A DNA stretch of 64,000 nt from positions 135,036,001 through 135,100,000 of the forward strand of contig OX597819.1 of the NCBI GenBank assembly GCA_951406725.2. Reading direction: 5' to 3'. The stretch is from Octopus vulgaris (Eukaryota). The notes under the pieces are model-generated. The model was not told where the DNA came from. It did no database searches and saw nothing but the letters and a program-made list of their open reading frames with translations. Both the position numbers and the translations under genes were made by a program. Below are positions 49,769 to 61,469 of this stretch, in pieces (within the stretch, counting starts at the first letter, position 1; the number at the start of each line of letters is the position of its first letter).

Positions 49769-50312
49769 AATGCATGACCTCAGCAACAGGAAGAAGTTAG
49801 CTACTAGAAGTGGCTGCCGTGCTTGCTGGGTCATAAACAACATTAAGAGATAAATACAAAAAACAGCTTTGCTAATTTCCAGGGTAGAAGCAGTAATTAT
49901 CATCGGGACAACACTGATGAAATGAGTAAACAAAGTAATAGAGACATACGATGGGTAAGACTAAATATTTTCATAGAGACAGTAATGAAGAAATTAAGAA
50001 ACCGGATATGAAAGGCAATTATAAGTTAGATTAAATTAAATTAAACATCTAAACCACTACTTGGTATGCTTAATGAGGAAACAGGGTATGAGCGACAAAA
50101 TTACGATTATGATAAGTTAGATTAAATTAAACTAAAGGCAGGTTAGTTTTAATCGAATAGAAATGCAAATAAATAATAATAATAATAATGAAATTATTGT
50201 ATACAGTGCTCAGGTGCACCACAACTTGTCAGAAAGTGCATATAAAGTACATGCAGTAGTGTAGAAATGTCTGGAAAGTGAACATGCTTGTGTGTGTATG
50301 GAGGGGAGAAAA

Positions 50313-53100
50313 TCAAGTGTAGTGTTGGCAAATCTCAGGAAGCATGGCAGTCTTGAAGGATGCAGTGCTCCGACAACTAACAACCGATGTCGGCAGTTTG
50401 TTCCATGCTTCAGCAACTCTCAGCGTGAAAAAATGTTTCCTGAAGTCATGGGAGCTGTGCTGTTTTCTTACTTTGTAAATATGTCCACGGGTGTTAGATG
50501 GGTGGAGTTTGAAGAGGTGCTCAGAGTTATTGTTTGTGCGATGGTTGATAATTTTATGGGTGTCTGCCAAGTCAGCTGCCAGACGTCAGAGTTTCAATGT
50601 GTCCATGCCCAGGGAAGTAAGGCGTTCAGGATATGGCAAATGCCTGATGGAGGGTATTCTTTTGGTTGCACGTCGCTGAACAGCTTCCAGACGATTGATG
50701 TCCTGGGCAAGATAGGGGTTCCAGACCGGTGATGCAAATTCCAGGTGAGGTCTTACCATAGCTATATAAAGCCGCAGATAGATAGCTGGAGAGCGGCTCA
50801 CAAAGGATTTGGTGAGTGATGCCAAGACACCCTCAGCCTTCTTGACAATTTTAGCGATGTGTTTTGTCCAACGCAAATCACTGTCGACAATAACACCCAG
50901 GTCACGTTCACTTGAAGATTTTTGAGACTAGTGTTGTGGAGGGAGTAGGTGGACGCTGGGTTTCTCCTCCTAAAATGCATGGTGGTACATTTGTCCACAG
51001 CCAGCTTGAGTTGCCAGTCCATGATCCACTGCTGCATTGTGTCCAGGTCTGCTTGCAATAGAGATCCATAGTGTATAGGATTTGACCTCTTTATTTCGAG
51101 GTACAGCTTGATGTCATCTGCATATTTCAGCACTGTGGCATTCTTTAAGTTGGCATCTATGTCATTAACATATGCAACAAATAAAAGGGGGCCAAGAACA
51201 GATCCCTGCGGCACACCAGATGTCATCTCATAGGGCGAGTCCTGTCCTAGAACTGTGACAACCTCTTTTCGGCCGAAAATAAAGGACTTTAACCAGTTAT
51301 AGAGTTCGTCTCTTACACCCAACGCAGAAAGCTTCACCATAAGTCTTTTGTGTGGCACAGAGTTAAAAGCCTTAGCAAAGTCCAGGTAAACAACATCCAC
51401 CCAGGATCCGCGATCAGTGATTTGGGTAACATCCTCAAGAAACTCAATGAGTTGATTACAGCAGCTGGAGTTAGGAATAAATCCGAATTGTGACGGCTGG
51501 ATGAGGCTGTGAGACTTCCAGAAGTTCCAGAAGGTTTCTCTGATACAGGATTCCATCAGTTTGGCGATGCAGCTGGTAAGACTGATGGGGCGATAGTTGA
51601 CAGGCGATGTGCGGTCGCCTTTTTTGAACAGAGGGATGACACTGGCAGTTTTCCACTGTTCTGGAGTAACACCATTGTCAAGACAGAATTGGAAGAATAG
51701 AGAAAGTTGGCTTAGAAGAAAGTACCCACCGCGTTTGAGAAGTAGGTATGTAACACCATCGAGACCAGGAGAGGCATAATTGCGTTTATTCTTTAGGTGG
51801 CGTTGCAGCATTGCTGGTGTAAATTGCATAGAAGATATAGAGTCCGATGTCAGTGGTGATGATGATGGAACATTTTGGTCTTCGACAGTAAAGATGCTGG
51901 CATAGCATCCAGCAATGATTTCTGCACATTCTTCGGGATTGCCAGTAATCTGTCCTGTGTGGGGATTGCGAAGGGGACCAACAGGAGAGTGGGGTCTCTG
52001 CTTTGAGTGCACATACTTCCAGAACCCTTTGCTGTCAGGGTTAGCTGCAATGCGTTGTTCAAATTCAAGCACTGCCTTTTTTGTCACCTGCTTGAGGTGG
52101 TTGGCTGACCTATTGCGCTTTTTCCTGTTGCTCTCTGATTTGTGCAATTTGTATTCCCGTTCAGCATTACGGCGTTCTTTCCTGGCAAGTCGGACTGCTG
52201 CAGTCTCCCAAATTGCACTATTGGGTGGTTTTTTGTGCTTGCGTGGTACTGATGCTGCACATGCTGCCCATATTGAATTCAGTATAGTGTTCTGGAGTAT
52301 AGTGTCCACATCTCCAGAGGCATAAAATTCACGCCAGTTTGGGCGTTGCAGCTCAGTACAATAAGAGCTCCAGTTTGCTTTATTCCAGTCAAAGCGGGCA
52401 ATCTGAAGATGGTTGTGTTTTTTGTTACAACCAATCAGAGACAAGTCGGCCATGATCATGGAATGATCAGAGTCACCCAAAGGTTCTTCGGTAGCGACAC
52501 TAATGATTGTTTCAGGAGAAGCGGTAAGTAGCAGATCCAAAGTGTTGTTACCCCTTGTGGGGGAGGTAACAACTTGGGACCAATTCGAATTCAGCACCAG
52601 TTCAAGGAAATTGTCTGCACTTTGCGGCCAACGGAAGGCCTCCCAGTCAATCTCAGGGAAATTGAAGTCCCCTGCAACATACACATATGTGGCTGTTTTC
52701 ATGGCAGTCGCCCTGAGGATATCAAAAAGCTGTGCGTCTTGGCGATAATTTGGAGGACGGTAAACGACTCCGAGCAGAAGTGTTGACATGGTCATGTGAA
52801 CATTGCAGAAAAATACCTCCTGCTGAGATTGGTTCAAATCATCACAGGGGATTGCCGATAGACTTGATCGAACATAAATCATCACACCCCCTCCACGGCG
52901 ATTAATGCAGTCTTTGCGGAACAGGTTGTAGCCGGCTATGCTGAAAACTCCATCACAGAGTGCAGAGTGTGCCCACGTTTCCGTGACTGTGATGAAATCT
53001 GGGTTGATACTTTTGACGTAGGAGACAAAAAGATGCACCTTGTTGCATAAACTACGGGCATTCAAGGACAGCAGTTTATATCTGGATTTCAGATGATGAT
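50313..53100 (-). pseudogene. CR1 ORF2: apurinic endonuclease plus reverse transcriptase
   Basis: LLSLNARSL, VTETW, GGGV, YRPP, GDFN, LDL, SDH; NYRPISLT, QFGF, YLDFAKAFNSV, GVPQGSVLGPLLF, YADD; VRPHLEF..VWNP, QRRATK, TRGH, FF..RV..WNKLP. One frameshift near 50920 and one TGA at 50586-50588. Confidence 0.95.
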
Positions 53101-53127
53101 ATACAGGGGATGGCTGATTGTTCTTGG

Positions 53128-54403
53128 TTAGTTTCCCAAGATTTTTGCATTGCCAGTTGTTGTTGTGGGTGTAGTCTGCTCAGTCCAACTGGCATCCCTT
53201 ATCCACGACTCACCAGACTTGACGAATTTCCAGATCTGCCCATCATCGCGGAGGCTAAAACTCTCCCGTGGCACAGAGTTGCAATTTAGGGAAGCCACGG
53301 ATCTTATCTTTGGGCGTACATCGGGTGGTAGGCCAGGACGTGTTCTAAAGTTGATAATGTTGTCACGCCGAGCTCTGTCAGCAGCCAGATGGAATGTCCG
53401 CACCTCAGTAAAGCCCGTAAACAACAGCCTGATCAGCCTGGGTTTGGATCCCGGTCGGCCAAGGCAGGAAGCACTTTTTGGAGGGACACAGCTGAGATCC
53501 CTAGCTGTGTTTCCAATGAATGCCTGCAGATCTGCCACATCTTCCGGCACTCCGATGGCCATTAATTTATGAGTGGCCGGCTCAGCAACTCCCTCGATGC
53601 GTTGAGGTTCTGTACGAGCTACAGGTAAGTTGCTGAGCAGGGCACTCCTATATGACCCTTCGCTGCGAGTTTTTGGACAGACACTGGTTCTGAGTCCTGC
53701 TACTTCACGACTCAAAGCAGAAATCATTCGTCTAATTTCTGCAACTTCTGTGCTGATGGTCGATCTCTGTTTTAGTTGGGAAGCATCAGGAGAGGAGGGC
53801 ATAGTTGGTTTTTGTACCTGCTGATGTACTTCGGCTGGAATGATTAATTTTTGTTGTCCAAGAGCAATAGGGGAGGAAGACATTGGGGGTTTAAGTTTCT
53901 GTTTTTGTTGTTCTTCAACATGAATGGCCGATTTTTGTTGCTGCTGTTGAAGAGTGACAGGGGAGGAAGACACAGGCGGATTCAGTTTTTGCTGTTGTTC
54001 TTTATCAACAGGGCTGGTTTTTGCTGTTCAGCAGCAATGGCAGCGGAGGACACGGTTGTCGGTTTTGTTGCTGTTCAGCAGCAATGGTGGCAGGGGACAC
54101 GCAAGTCAGGCAATGAAACGACCAGTTTGGTAGCTGGACCATTTCCCAGAGTTTATCCATCATAGAAGTATGGTGTCCTTTCTTTTGACCTGGGATCTTC
54201 TGAAAGTTTGTGGCACATTGAAAGCAGATCGAAACACGACAGTTACTGCATTCAACCCATCTATTTCGGAAGGAATTTTCGAGTTTTGTGCATAGATGAC
54301 AGATGTGATTTGCCGGGCAACGTTCTATTGTAGGACAGCGACCAGTTTTGTCGCATGGCTCATCTGCGGATGATACCGTGGCAGTTTTGTTCTGTCTGCC
54401 CAT
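53128..54403 (-). pseudogene. CR1 ORF1 with PHD-like zinc finger, Q/P/S-rich repeats and coiled coil
   Basis: CHLC..WVECSNC..ICFQC..FHCLTC; coiled coil EVAEIRRMISALSREVAGLR; LGRPGSKPRLIRL; one frameshift in an A-run near 54063. Confidence 0.85.
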
Positions 54404-56429
54404 CCGTACTGTGGTGCAAGGTAAACAAAGAAAGGAAGAAGAAGAAAAAAAAAAAAAAAGTGAAGATACAGATAAATAAGATGTTATTATTTGTTGTTGT
54501 TATTGCTGTTAGCTGTTTTCGCTTTCCACATTGGTTGGTGTGTTTATAATGCACGCACTTGTTAGGGAAATTGATGAGTGGTGTACAATTAAGAGCAAAG
54601 AGGCAAGACAGATGGTCATTTCATCACACATGGGAGAAAGTAGCAGGTGAAGTAATTTGTTTCTAATATTAATTATATTCCACTTAATATCTTGCTTTTT
54701 CTCTCTCTATAACAAGCCTACTTGTAAGCTAAGCTCCCACTATCAGCGCAAATTACTTTCAAAAGTAATAACTTGTTGGCTAAATTCATTCTCACTTCCA
54801 CAAACTCATATGTCAATCAGAATATTGACCCTTTGGAATTCTTTCCTCACCAATATATTCCTATATATGTCAACTTATAACTGGACAGGGAGAATATAAA
54901 TCACATCACTTTCCCCAGCCTCAGGGTTGGTGGTGGCTGTGGAAATTATTTGTACTGTTAGTTTCTCCTGACTAAGCTTAATAGCCATAATTATTGTTGT
55001 TGTTATTTAGTCCCAAGGCGGACCTGGTCATTGACATCTATTTGATTGCTATAATAAGTCTTGCAAGGTATCCTATAAAAATCATTTTACTGATTTATGG
55101 TATATTTGTAGTTGGAAGTTATGTTTCCCAACCCCATTCAGCTGATATGTGTTAAGGGCAGGAGATTGGTCAAATTATACTCTGTCTGGAACCATACTAC
55201 ATGCACAAGGATGCTATATTTTGTCACAAAGAGGAAATGTGAATGTGGGCTTGTGACATTGCTGTGTGGTAAAGTGAGGTCAGAAGAGAAGTGTGTGTTG
55301 CATTTTCAATTGTTCTGTTACTGTCCTATGCAATGTTAATGTTAGTTCCTGCCTCGTAGCTGCAACTTATCTTAACATTACCAATATATGTTGGCCACAA
55401 GAATTGTTCTATTGGTAGAATTAACTTCTTCCATCTAGCACATTCATGAGTTCAACAAGCTTATCATATATATATATTGCATTGAGCTTCTGGACCATAT
55501 ATTTTACTCAATATTGTCATAGTTCATCTAGTTGATATGAAGAGGTACATGATCACCCATGCATATAATCTCTAGTAGACTAGTATCCTATCTCGTAGAG
55601 ATTTATTTCACCGTCATTTTTTTATGTCTTTTCCTCTTTTCAATGTTTGCATTGGTCAGTTAAGTCCTCCCTAGCATTACATTTTCCAAACCTTGTCAAA
55701 GCCCTTTATTGTTTCTTTTCCGAGGTGAAATCAAATTTAAACATCAGTTTTTAAAGCCCTCCTCGGGACTTAGAAATCATTTAGAGTTGTACTTAGTAGA
55801 CATAGGATATTGCTAAACTGTGTTGGCCTTATTGTCATCAGTCTTCATCAGCAGCATTGTTATGGAGTTATTCTTACCAGAAATATAAGCTATTTAGCAT
55901 TTGAGGTTGAATAATGATGATTATAATAACAAGAGCACTCAGAGAGCGCAAACCTCTGTTTAGGCAACACCAACGTTTTCTCAACAATTACCCGGTGATG
56001 ATTTTTAAAATGAGAATATCTGAAATAAATTTGACTGCTCTCACAAACAAGAATATTAAAAACGAACCTGACCGCTTGCAAAAATCAAGTAAAAAAAAAA
56101 CAGGCAAAATAATCCAGAATCCTTGTCTGGTACCTGATTGATCCCAAAGGTAGTCATGGAATGTGAAGGTGGCTGCAGAAAATTTAGTAACAGTAATAAA
56201 TAGTTTATCTAATACAAGCCAGAGTTAACGAATTTACCATTCCAAATAGTTTCAAAGTTGGAGGTAATAGTAATAAGTTCTACTGAGGAATTTTGAAATG
56301 AATAGCATGAGATATTTTGGTTTTCTCTTCTCTTAAATTCCAATCTTCCTTTAGTATTTCTGTTGTTTTAGATCAGTGTATGTATATATCTAGCTGTACT
56401 GTAAATTGTTAATATGTATGTATAATATA

Positions 56430-56700
56430 TCTATACATATAAAGATGAGAATGTGTGTCTGTCTGTCTCTCTGTGTGAATCCCTAAAACTTGAGAACTAC
56501 ACAACCAATTTCATTCAAATTTTACACATGCCTTACTTAGGGTCCATGTGGATTCATGGGCAAAAAAAATGTTCAACTTCTTGCCTCGTGCGAGCCCACA
56601 GCATATATTCTCTCCTATTTCAGTATTAGTGAAACAATAACATCTCTCTCTTGTAATGTCAGATACTTTCACTTTAATACTGAAACTATTAAAGTGAAAC
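56430..56700 (+). mobile_element. Helitron 5' fragment
   Basis: A|TCTATACATATAAAG..TGTGTGTCTGTCTG..AACT.GAG..CAACCAATTTCATTCAAATTTTACACATG has the same layout as the starts at 3405 and 39748; no 3' end seen. Confidence 0.6.
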
Positions 56701-56801
56701 TTATCTCACATATATACAGGCATACATACATACATACATAGTATATATATTATGTGTGTATATATATATATGTATACATCTGCACAAATGTATATATATA
56801 T

Positions 56802-57809
56802 AGAAGTGGCAGATGTTCAGGAGCAATAAACACTGAAAATGCTCTGAGACCAACTTCTGCCACTTTCCAGGGAGAAAAACTAGAAATAGTTGATAGCTTC
56901 CGTTACCTAGGTGACCAATCAGTAGGGATGGGGGGTGCTGAAAGTGTAACTGCTAGAGTAAGAATAGCTTGGGCAAAGTTCAGAGAGCTCTTACCCCTGC
57001 TGGTGACTAAAGGCCCCTCGCTCAGAGTAAAAGGCAGACTGTATGACGCGTGTGTACGAACAGCCATGCTACATGGCAGTGAAACATGGGCCGTGACTGC
57101 TGAGGATATGCGTAAGCTCGCAAGAAATGAAGCCAGTATGCTCCGATGGATGTGTAATGTCAGTGTTCATACTCAACAGAGTGTAAGTACCTTGAGAGAA
57201 AAGCTGGACCTAAGAAGCATCAGTTGTGGTGTGCAAGAGAGATGTTTGCGCTGGTATGGGCATGTGGCGAGAATGGATGAAGATAGTTGTGTGAAAAAGT
57301 GCCACACCCTAGTGGTTGAGGGAACCTGTGGAAGAGGCAAACCCAGGAAAACCTGGGATAAGGTGGTGAAGCATGACCTTCGAACTTTAGGTCTCACTGA
57401 GTAAATGACTAGAGATCGAGACCTTTGGAAGTATGCTGTGCGGGAGAAGACCCGGCAGGACAAGTGAGACTATAACCCGTGGCCTCTACACAGGATGTAG
57501 CCAGTCCACTTATGCATACCTTTCCTTCTTGGGACACAAAACTCTACTTGGCCTCGCCTGGCCACCGTGCCGGTGGCACGTAAAAAGCACCATCCGATCA
57601 TGGGCGTTTGCCAGACTTGTCTGGCACGTAAAAAGCACCCACTACACTCACGGAGTGGTTGGCGTTAGGAAGGGCATCCAGCCGTAGAAACATTGCCAGA
57701 TCAGACTGGGCCTGGTGCAGCCTTCTGGCTTCCCAGACCCCAGTTGAACCATCCAACCCATGCTAGCATGGAAAGCGAACGCTAAACGATGATGATGATG
57801 GTGATGATG
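56802..57809 (+). mobile_element. Young RTE LINE 3' portion within (TA)n
   Basis: Open frame GRCSGAIN..FRYLGD..AMLHGSETW..LRWYGHVARM..GKPRKTW; 3' UTR; (GAT)n tail. Confidence 0.95.
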
Positions 57810-57838
57810 TATATATATATATATATATATATGTATAC

Positions 57839-57968
57839 ACATATAAGAGGGATGACCTGTAAGTGGACATCCATTATGGTTTTACCATTAACAAAGGAAT
57901 GGTAAGACCATAATGGATCTTCTTCTAGCATAATGGATGTCCACTTACAGGTCATCCCTCTTATATGT
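57839..57968. repeat. Perfect 40-bp inverted repeat with a nested 21-bp hairpin (MITE-like)
   Basis: 57839-57878 is the exact reverse complement of 57929-57968; 57869-57889 pairs with 57898-57918 with one mismatch. Confidence 0.93.
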
Positions 57969-58087
57969 ATGTAATTTAATTTTTTCTGAGACTTCAGAAT
58001 TTTTGAATATGCTACACCACTGGTTTTAAATTGATATTAATTAAATTAATGTTCAATTTTTCACCCTTATTATTTTAAATTTAAATT

Positions 58088-58126
<39 letters not shown>

Positions 58127-58127
<1 letters not shown>

Positions 58128-58572
58128 ATCATCATCATCATCATCGTTTAGTGTCCGCTTTCCATGCTAGCATGGGTTGGACGGTTCAACTGGGGTCTGG
58201 GAAGCCAGAAAGCTACTCCATGCCCAGTCTGATCTGGCAATGTTTCTACGGCTGGATGCCCTTTCTAACGCCAACCACTCTGTGAGTGTAGTGGGTGCTA
58301 TTTACGTGCCACCTGCACAGGTGCCAGACGTCCACGTTCGGATGGTTCTCTTACATGTCACCGGCACTGGTATCACAGCTGCAATTTCCATTGATGTTGA
58401 TCGATTTCGATTCTCACTTGCCTCAACAGGTCTTCACAAGTAGAGTTTTGTATCCCCAGAAGGAAAGGTATGCATAAGTGGGCTGGCACATCCCGGGTTA
58501 TGGTTTCACTTGTCCTGCCGGGTCTTCTCACGCACAGCACACTTCCAAAGGTCTCGGTCTCTAGTCATTTCC
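58127..58572 (-). mobile_element. RTE LINE 3' end
   Basis: (CAT)n tail, 3' UTR core, EMTRDRDLWKCAVREKTRQDK*. Confidence 0.88.
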
Positions 58573-58577
58573 TATAT

Positions 58578-60132
58578 ATCATCATCATCATCATCATCAT
58601 TTAACGTCCGCTTTCCATGCTAGCATGGGTTGGACGGTTCAACTGGGGTCTGGGGAGCCCGAAGGCTGCACCAGGCCAGTCAGATCTGGCAGTGTTTCTA
58701 CAGCTGGATGCCCTTCCTAACGCCAACCACTCCGAGAGTGTAGTGGGTGATTTTATGTGCCACCGACACAGGTGCCAGACGAGGCTGGCGAACGGCCACG
58801 CTCGGATGGTGTTTTTTATGTGCCACCAACACAGGTGCCAGACGAGGCTGGCAGACGGCCACGCTCGGATGGTGTTTTTATGTGCCACCGACACAGGTGC
58901 CAGATGAGGCTGGCGAACGGCCACGATCGGATGGTGTTTGTTACGTGCCCACAGCACGGAGGCCAGTCAATGCGGTACTGGCTACAGCCACGTTCGGATG
59001 GTTTTCTTGTGTGCCACCGGCACTGGTACCACAAAGATACAAATTCCATTGATGTTCATCTATTTTGATTTGTTTTGATTTTGATTTTCACTTGCCTCAA
59101 CAGGTCTTCACAAGTGTCACAAGAAGGAAGGTATGCACAGGTGGACTGACTACGTCCCAGGTAGGGGCCACGGGTTATGGCCTGACTAGTCTTGCTGGGT
59201 CTTCGGATGGTGTTTTTATGTGCCACCGACACAGGTGCCAGATGAGGCTGGCAAACGGCAACGATCGGATGGTGTTTGTTACGTGCCCACAGCACGGAGG
59301 CCAGTCGATGCGGTACTGGCTACCTCCACGTTCGGATGGCTTTCTTGTGTGCCACCGGCACTGGTACCACAAAGATACAAATTCCATTGATGTTCATCTA
59401 TTTTGATTTGTTTTGATTTGATTTGATTTGATTTTCACTTGCCTCAACAGGTCTTCACAGGTCTTCACAAGTGTCTCAAGAAGGAAGGTATGCACAGGTG
59501 GACTGACTACGTCCCAGGTAGGGGCCACGGGTTATGGCCTGACTAGTCTTGCCGGGTCTTCGGATGGTGTTTTTATGTGCCACCGACACAGGTGCCAGAT
59601 GAGGCTGGCGAACGGCCACGATCGGATGGTGTTTGTTACGTGCCCACAGCACGGAGGCCAGTCGATGCGGTACTGGCTACGGCCACGTTCGGATGGTTTT
59701 CTTGTGTGCCACCGGCACTGGTACCACAAAGATACAAATTCCATTGATGTTCATCTATTTTGATTTGTTTTGATTTGATTTTCACTTGCCTCAACAGGTC
59801 TTCACAAGTGTCACAAGAAGGAAGGTATGCACAGGTGGACTGACTACGTCCCAGGTAGGGGCCACGGGTTATGGCCTGGCTAGTCTTGCCGGGTCTTCGG
59901 ATGGTGTTTTTATGTGCCACACACAGGTGCCAGATGAGGCTGGCAAACGCACGATCGGATGGTGTTTGTTATGTGCCCACAGCACGGAGGCCAGTCGATG
60001 CGGTACTGGCTACGGCACGTTCGGATGGTTTTCTGTGTGCCACCAGCACTGGTACCACAAAGATACAAATTCCATATATATATATCAACAGGTCTTCACA
60101 ATCACAAGAAGGAAGGTATGCACAGGTGGATG
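58578..60132 (-). mobile_element. RTE 3' UTR with about 340-bp tandem amplification (four units)
   Basis: Units start with CGGATGGTGTTTTTATGTGCCAC at 58866, 59204, 59561 and 59898 (periods 338, 357, 337); preceded by about 56-bp module repeats at 58745-58920. Confidence 0.9.
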
Positions 60133-60136
60133 ACTA

Positions 60137-60813
60137 TCATCATCATCGTTTAACGTCCGTTTTCCGCGTTAGCACGGGTTGGACGGTTCGACCGGGGTCT
60201 GGGAAGCCAGGGTCTGCACCAGGCTCCAGTCTGATCTGGCAGAGTTTCTACAGCTGGATGCCCTTCCTAACGCCAACCACTCCGCGAGTGTAGTGGGTGC
60301 TTTTTATGTGCAACCTGCACAGGTGCCAGGGGAGTCCGGCATCGGCCACGATCGGTTGGAGCTTTTAACATGCTTTTAACATGCCAAGGAGGGGCTGGCA
60401 TCGGCCACGTACGGATGGTGCTTTTTATATGCCACCTGCACAGGTATCACAACTACTATTTCCATTGATATTTATTTCAATGTTCATGTTCATGTTCATG
60501 TACTTGACTCAACAAGTCTCCTCAAGCACAGCGGGACGTTCTGGGATCCAGGGTACTTTGAATGGGCAGGAGGCTATGCGGAACTGGTGCAGGAAGCAGC
60601 CCGGGTCTTCGCAGTCACAGCATATCTCCAGAGATCTTGGTCCTTCGCCATTGCCTCAGTGAGGCCCAACGCTCTGAGGTCATGCTTGACTACCTCATCC
60701 CATGTCTTCCTGGGTCTATCTCTCCACCTGATACCTTCAACTGTTTGGGAGTGGCACTTCTTCACACATCTCTCCTCATCCATCCGCAGTACATGACCTT
60801 ACCATCGCAAGCG
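60137..60813 (-). mobile_element. RTE LINE 3' end
   Basis: LRW*GHVLRMDEERCVKKC..DRPRKTWDEVV; 3' UTR; (CAT)n tail. Confidence 0.88.
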
Positions 60814-60815
60814 TC

Positions 60816-61387
60816 ATATGTAGATGATGAAAAGAAGTGGGCCCAGCACAGTGCCTTGCGGAACGCCACTACTGACTTTGGCTGGGCTTGATTTTACCCC
60901 TTCAACTACAACATGTTGAGATCTGTCTGTCAGGAAACACTTGATCCATTTCAGTAACTTTCCAGAGACACCAATGTTGGATAGTTTTTTCAATAGGATC
61001 TTGTGATCAACCCTGTCGAAGGCCTTGCTGAAATCAAGGTAGATGACATCAGTGTTGGAGCCCTCTCCCAAAGCTCTCAAAATGTCATCAAAGTGATGCA
61101 GGAGCTGCGTTAGGCAGTCCCTTCCATTACGGAACCCATGTTGGTTAGAGATCAGCCGTCTGTTGCTTTCCAGAAATTGGGTTATTCGAGATCTCACCAC
61201 CCTCTCAAATACCTTGATGATATGGGAGGTGAGTGAGATCGGACGGTAGTTCACTGCAAGGGACTTGTTTCCCTTTTTGAAAACTGGGACAGAAGGTTTT
61301 TTGGAATATAGCCTGCATCCAGTGAGTTTCTCCACAGATTAGCAAGGGGAGATGCAAGTTGGTGTCGACACACCTTCAGGACACAAG
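60816..61387 (-). mobile_element. CR1-type LINE RT fragment (second family)
   Basis: NYRPISLTSH..QHGFRNGRDCLTQLL..YLDFSKAFDRVDH..GVPQGTVLGPLLFIIYI. Confidence 0.92.
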
Positions 61388-61430
61388 AAATATATGTATA
61401 TATATATAGATGTATATATAGATGTATATA

Positions 61431-61462
<32 letters not shown>

Positions 61463-61469
61463 ACATAAA

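Larger units (their letters stand above)
50171..54567 (-). mobile_element. Full-length CR1-clade LINE (PHD-finger ORF1, APE-RT ORF2, (ATT)n tail) in MNS1 intron 4
   Basis: ORF1 plus ORF2 on -, (AAT)n on + at 50171-50189. It interrupts one copy of a local duplication (49013-49197 versus 50043-50170 plus 54568-54658), which fixes the ends; possible short TSD AAAT. Confidence 0.9.
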
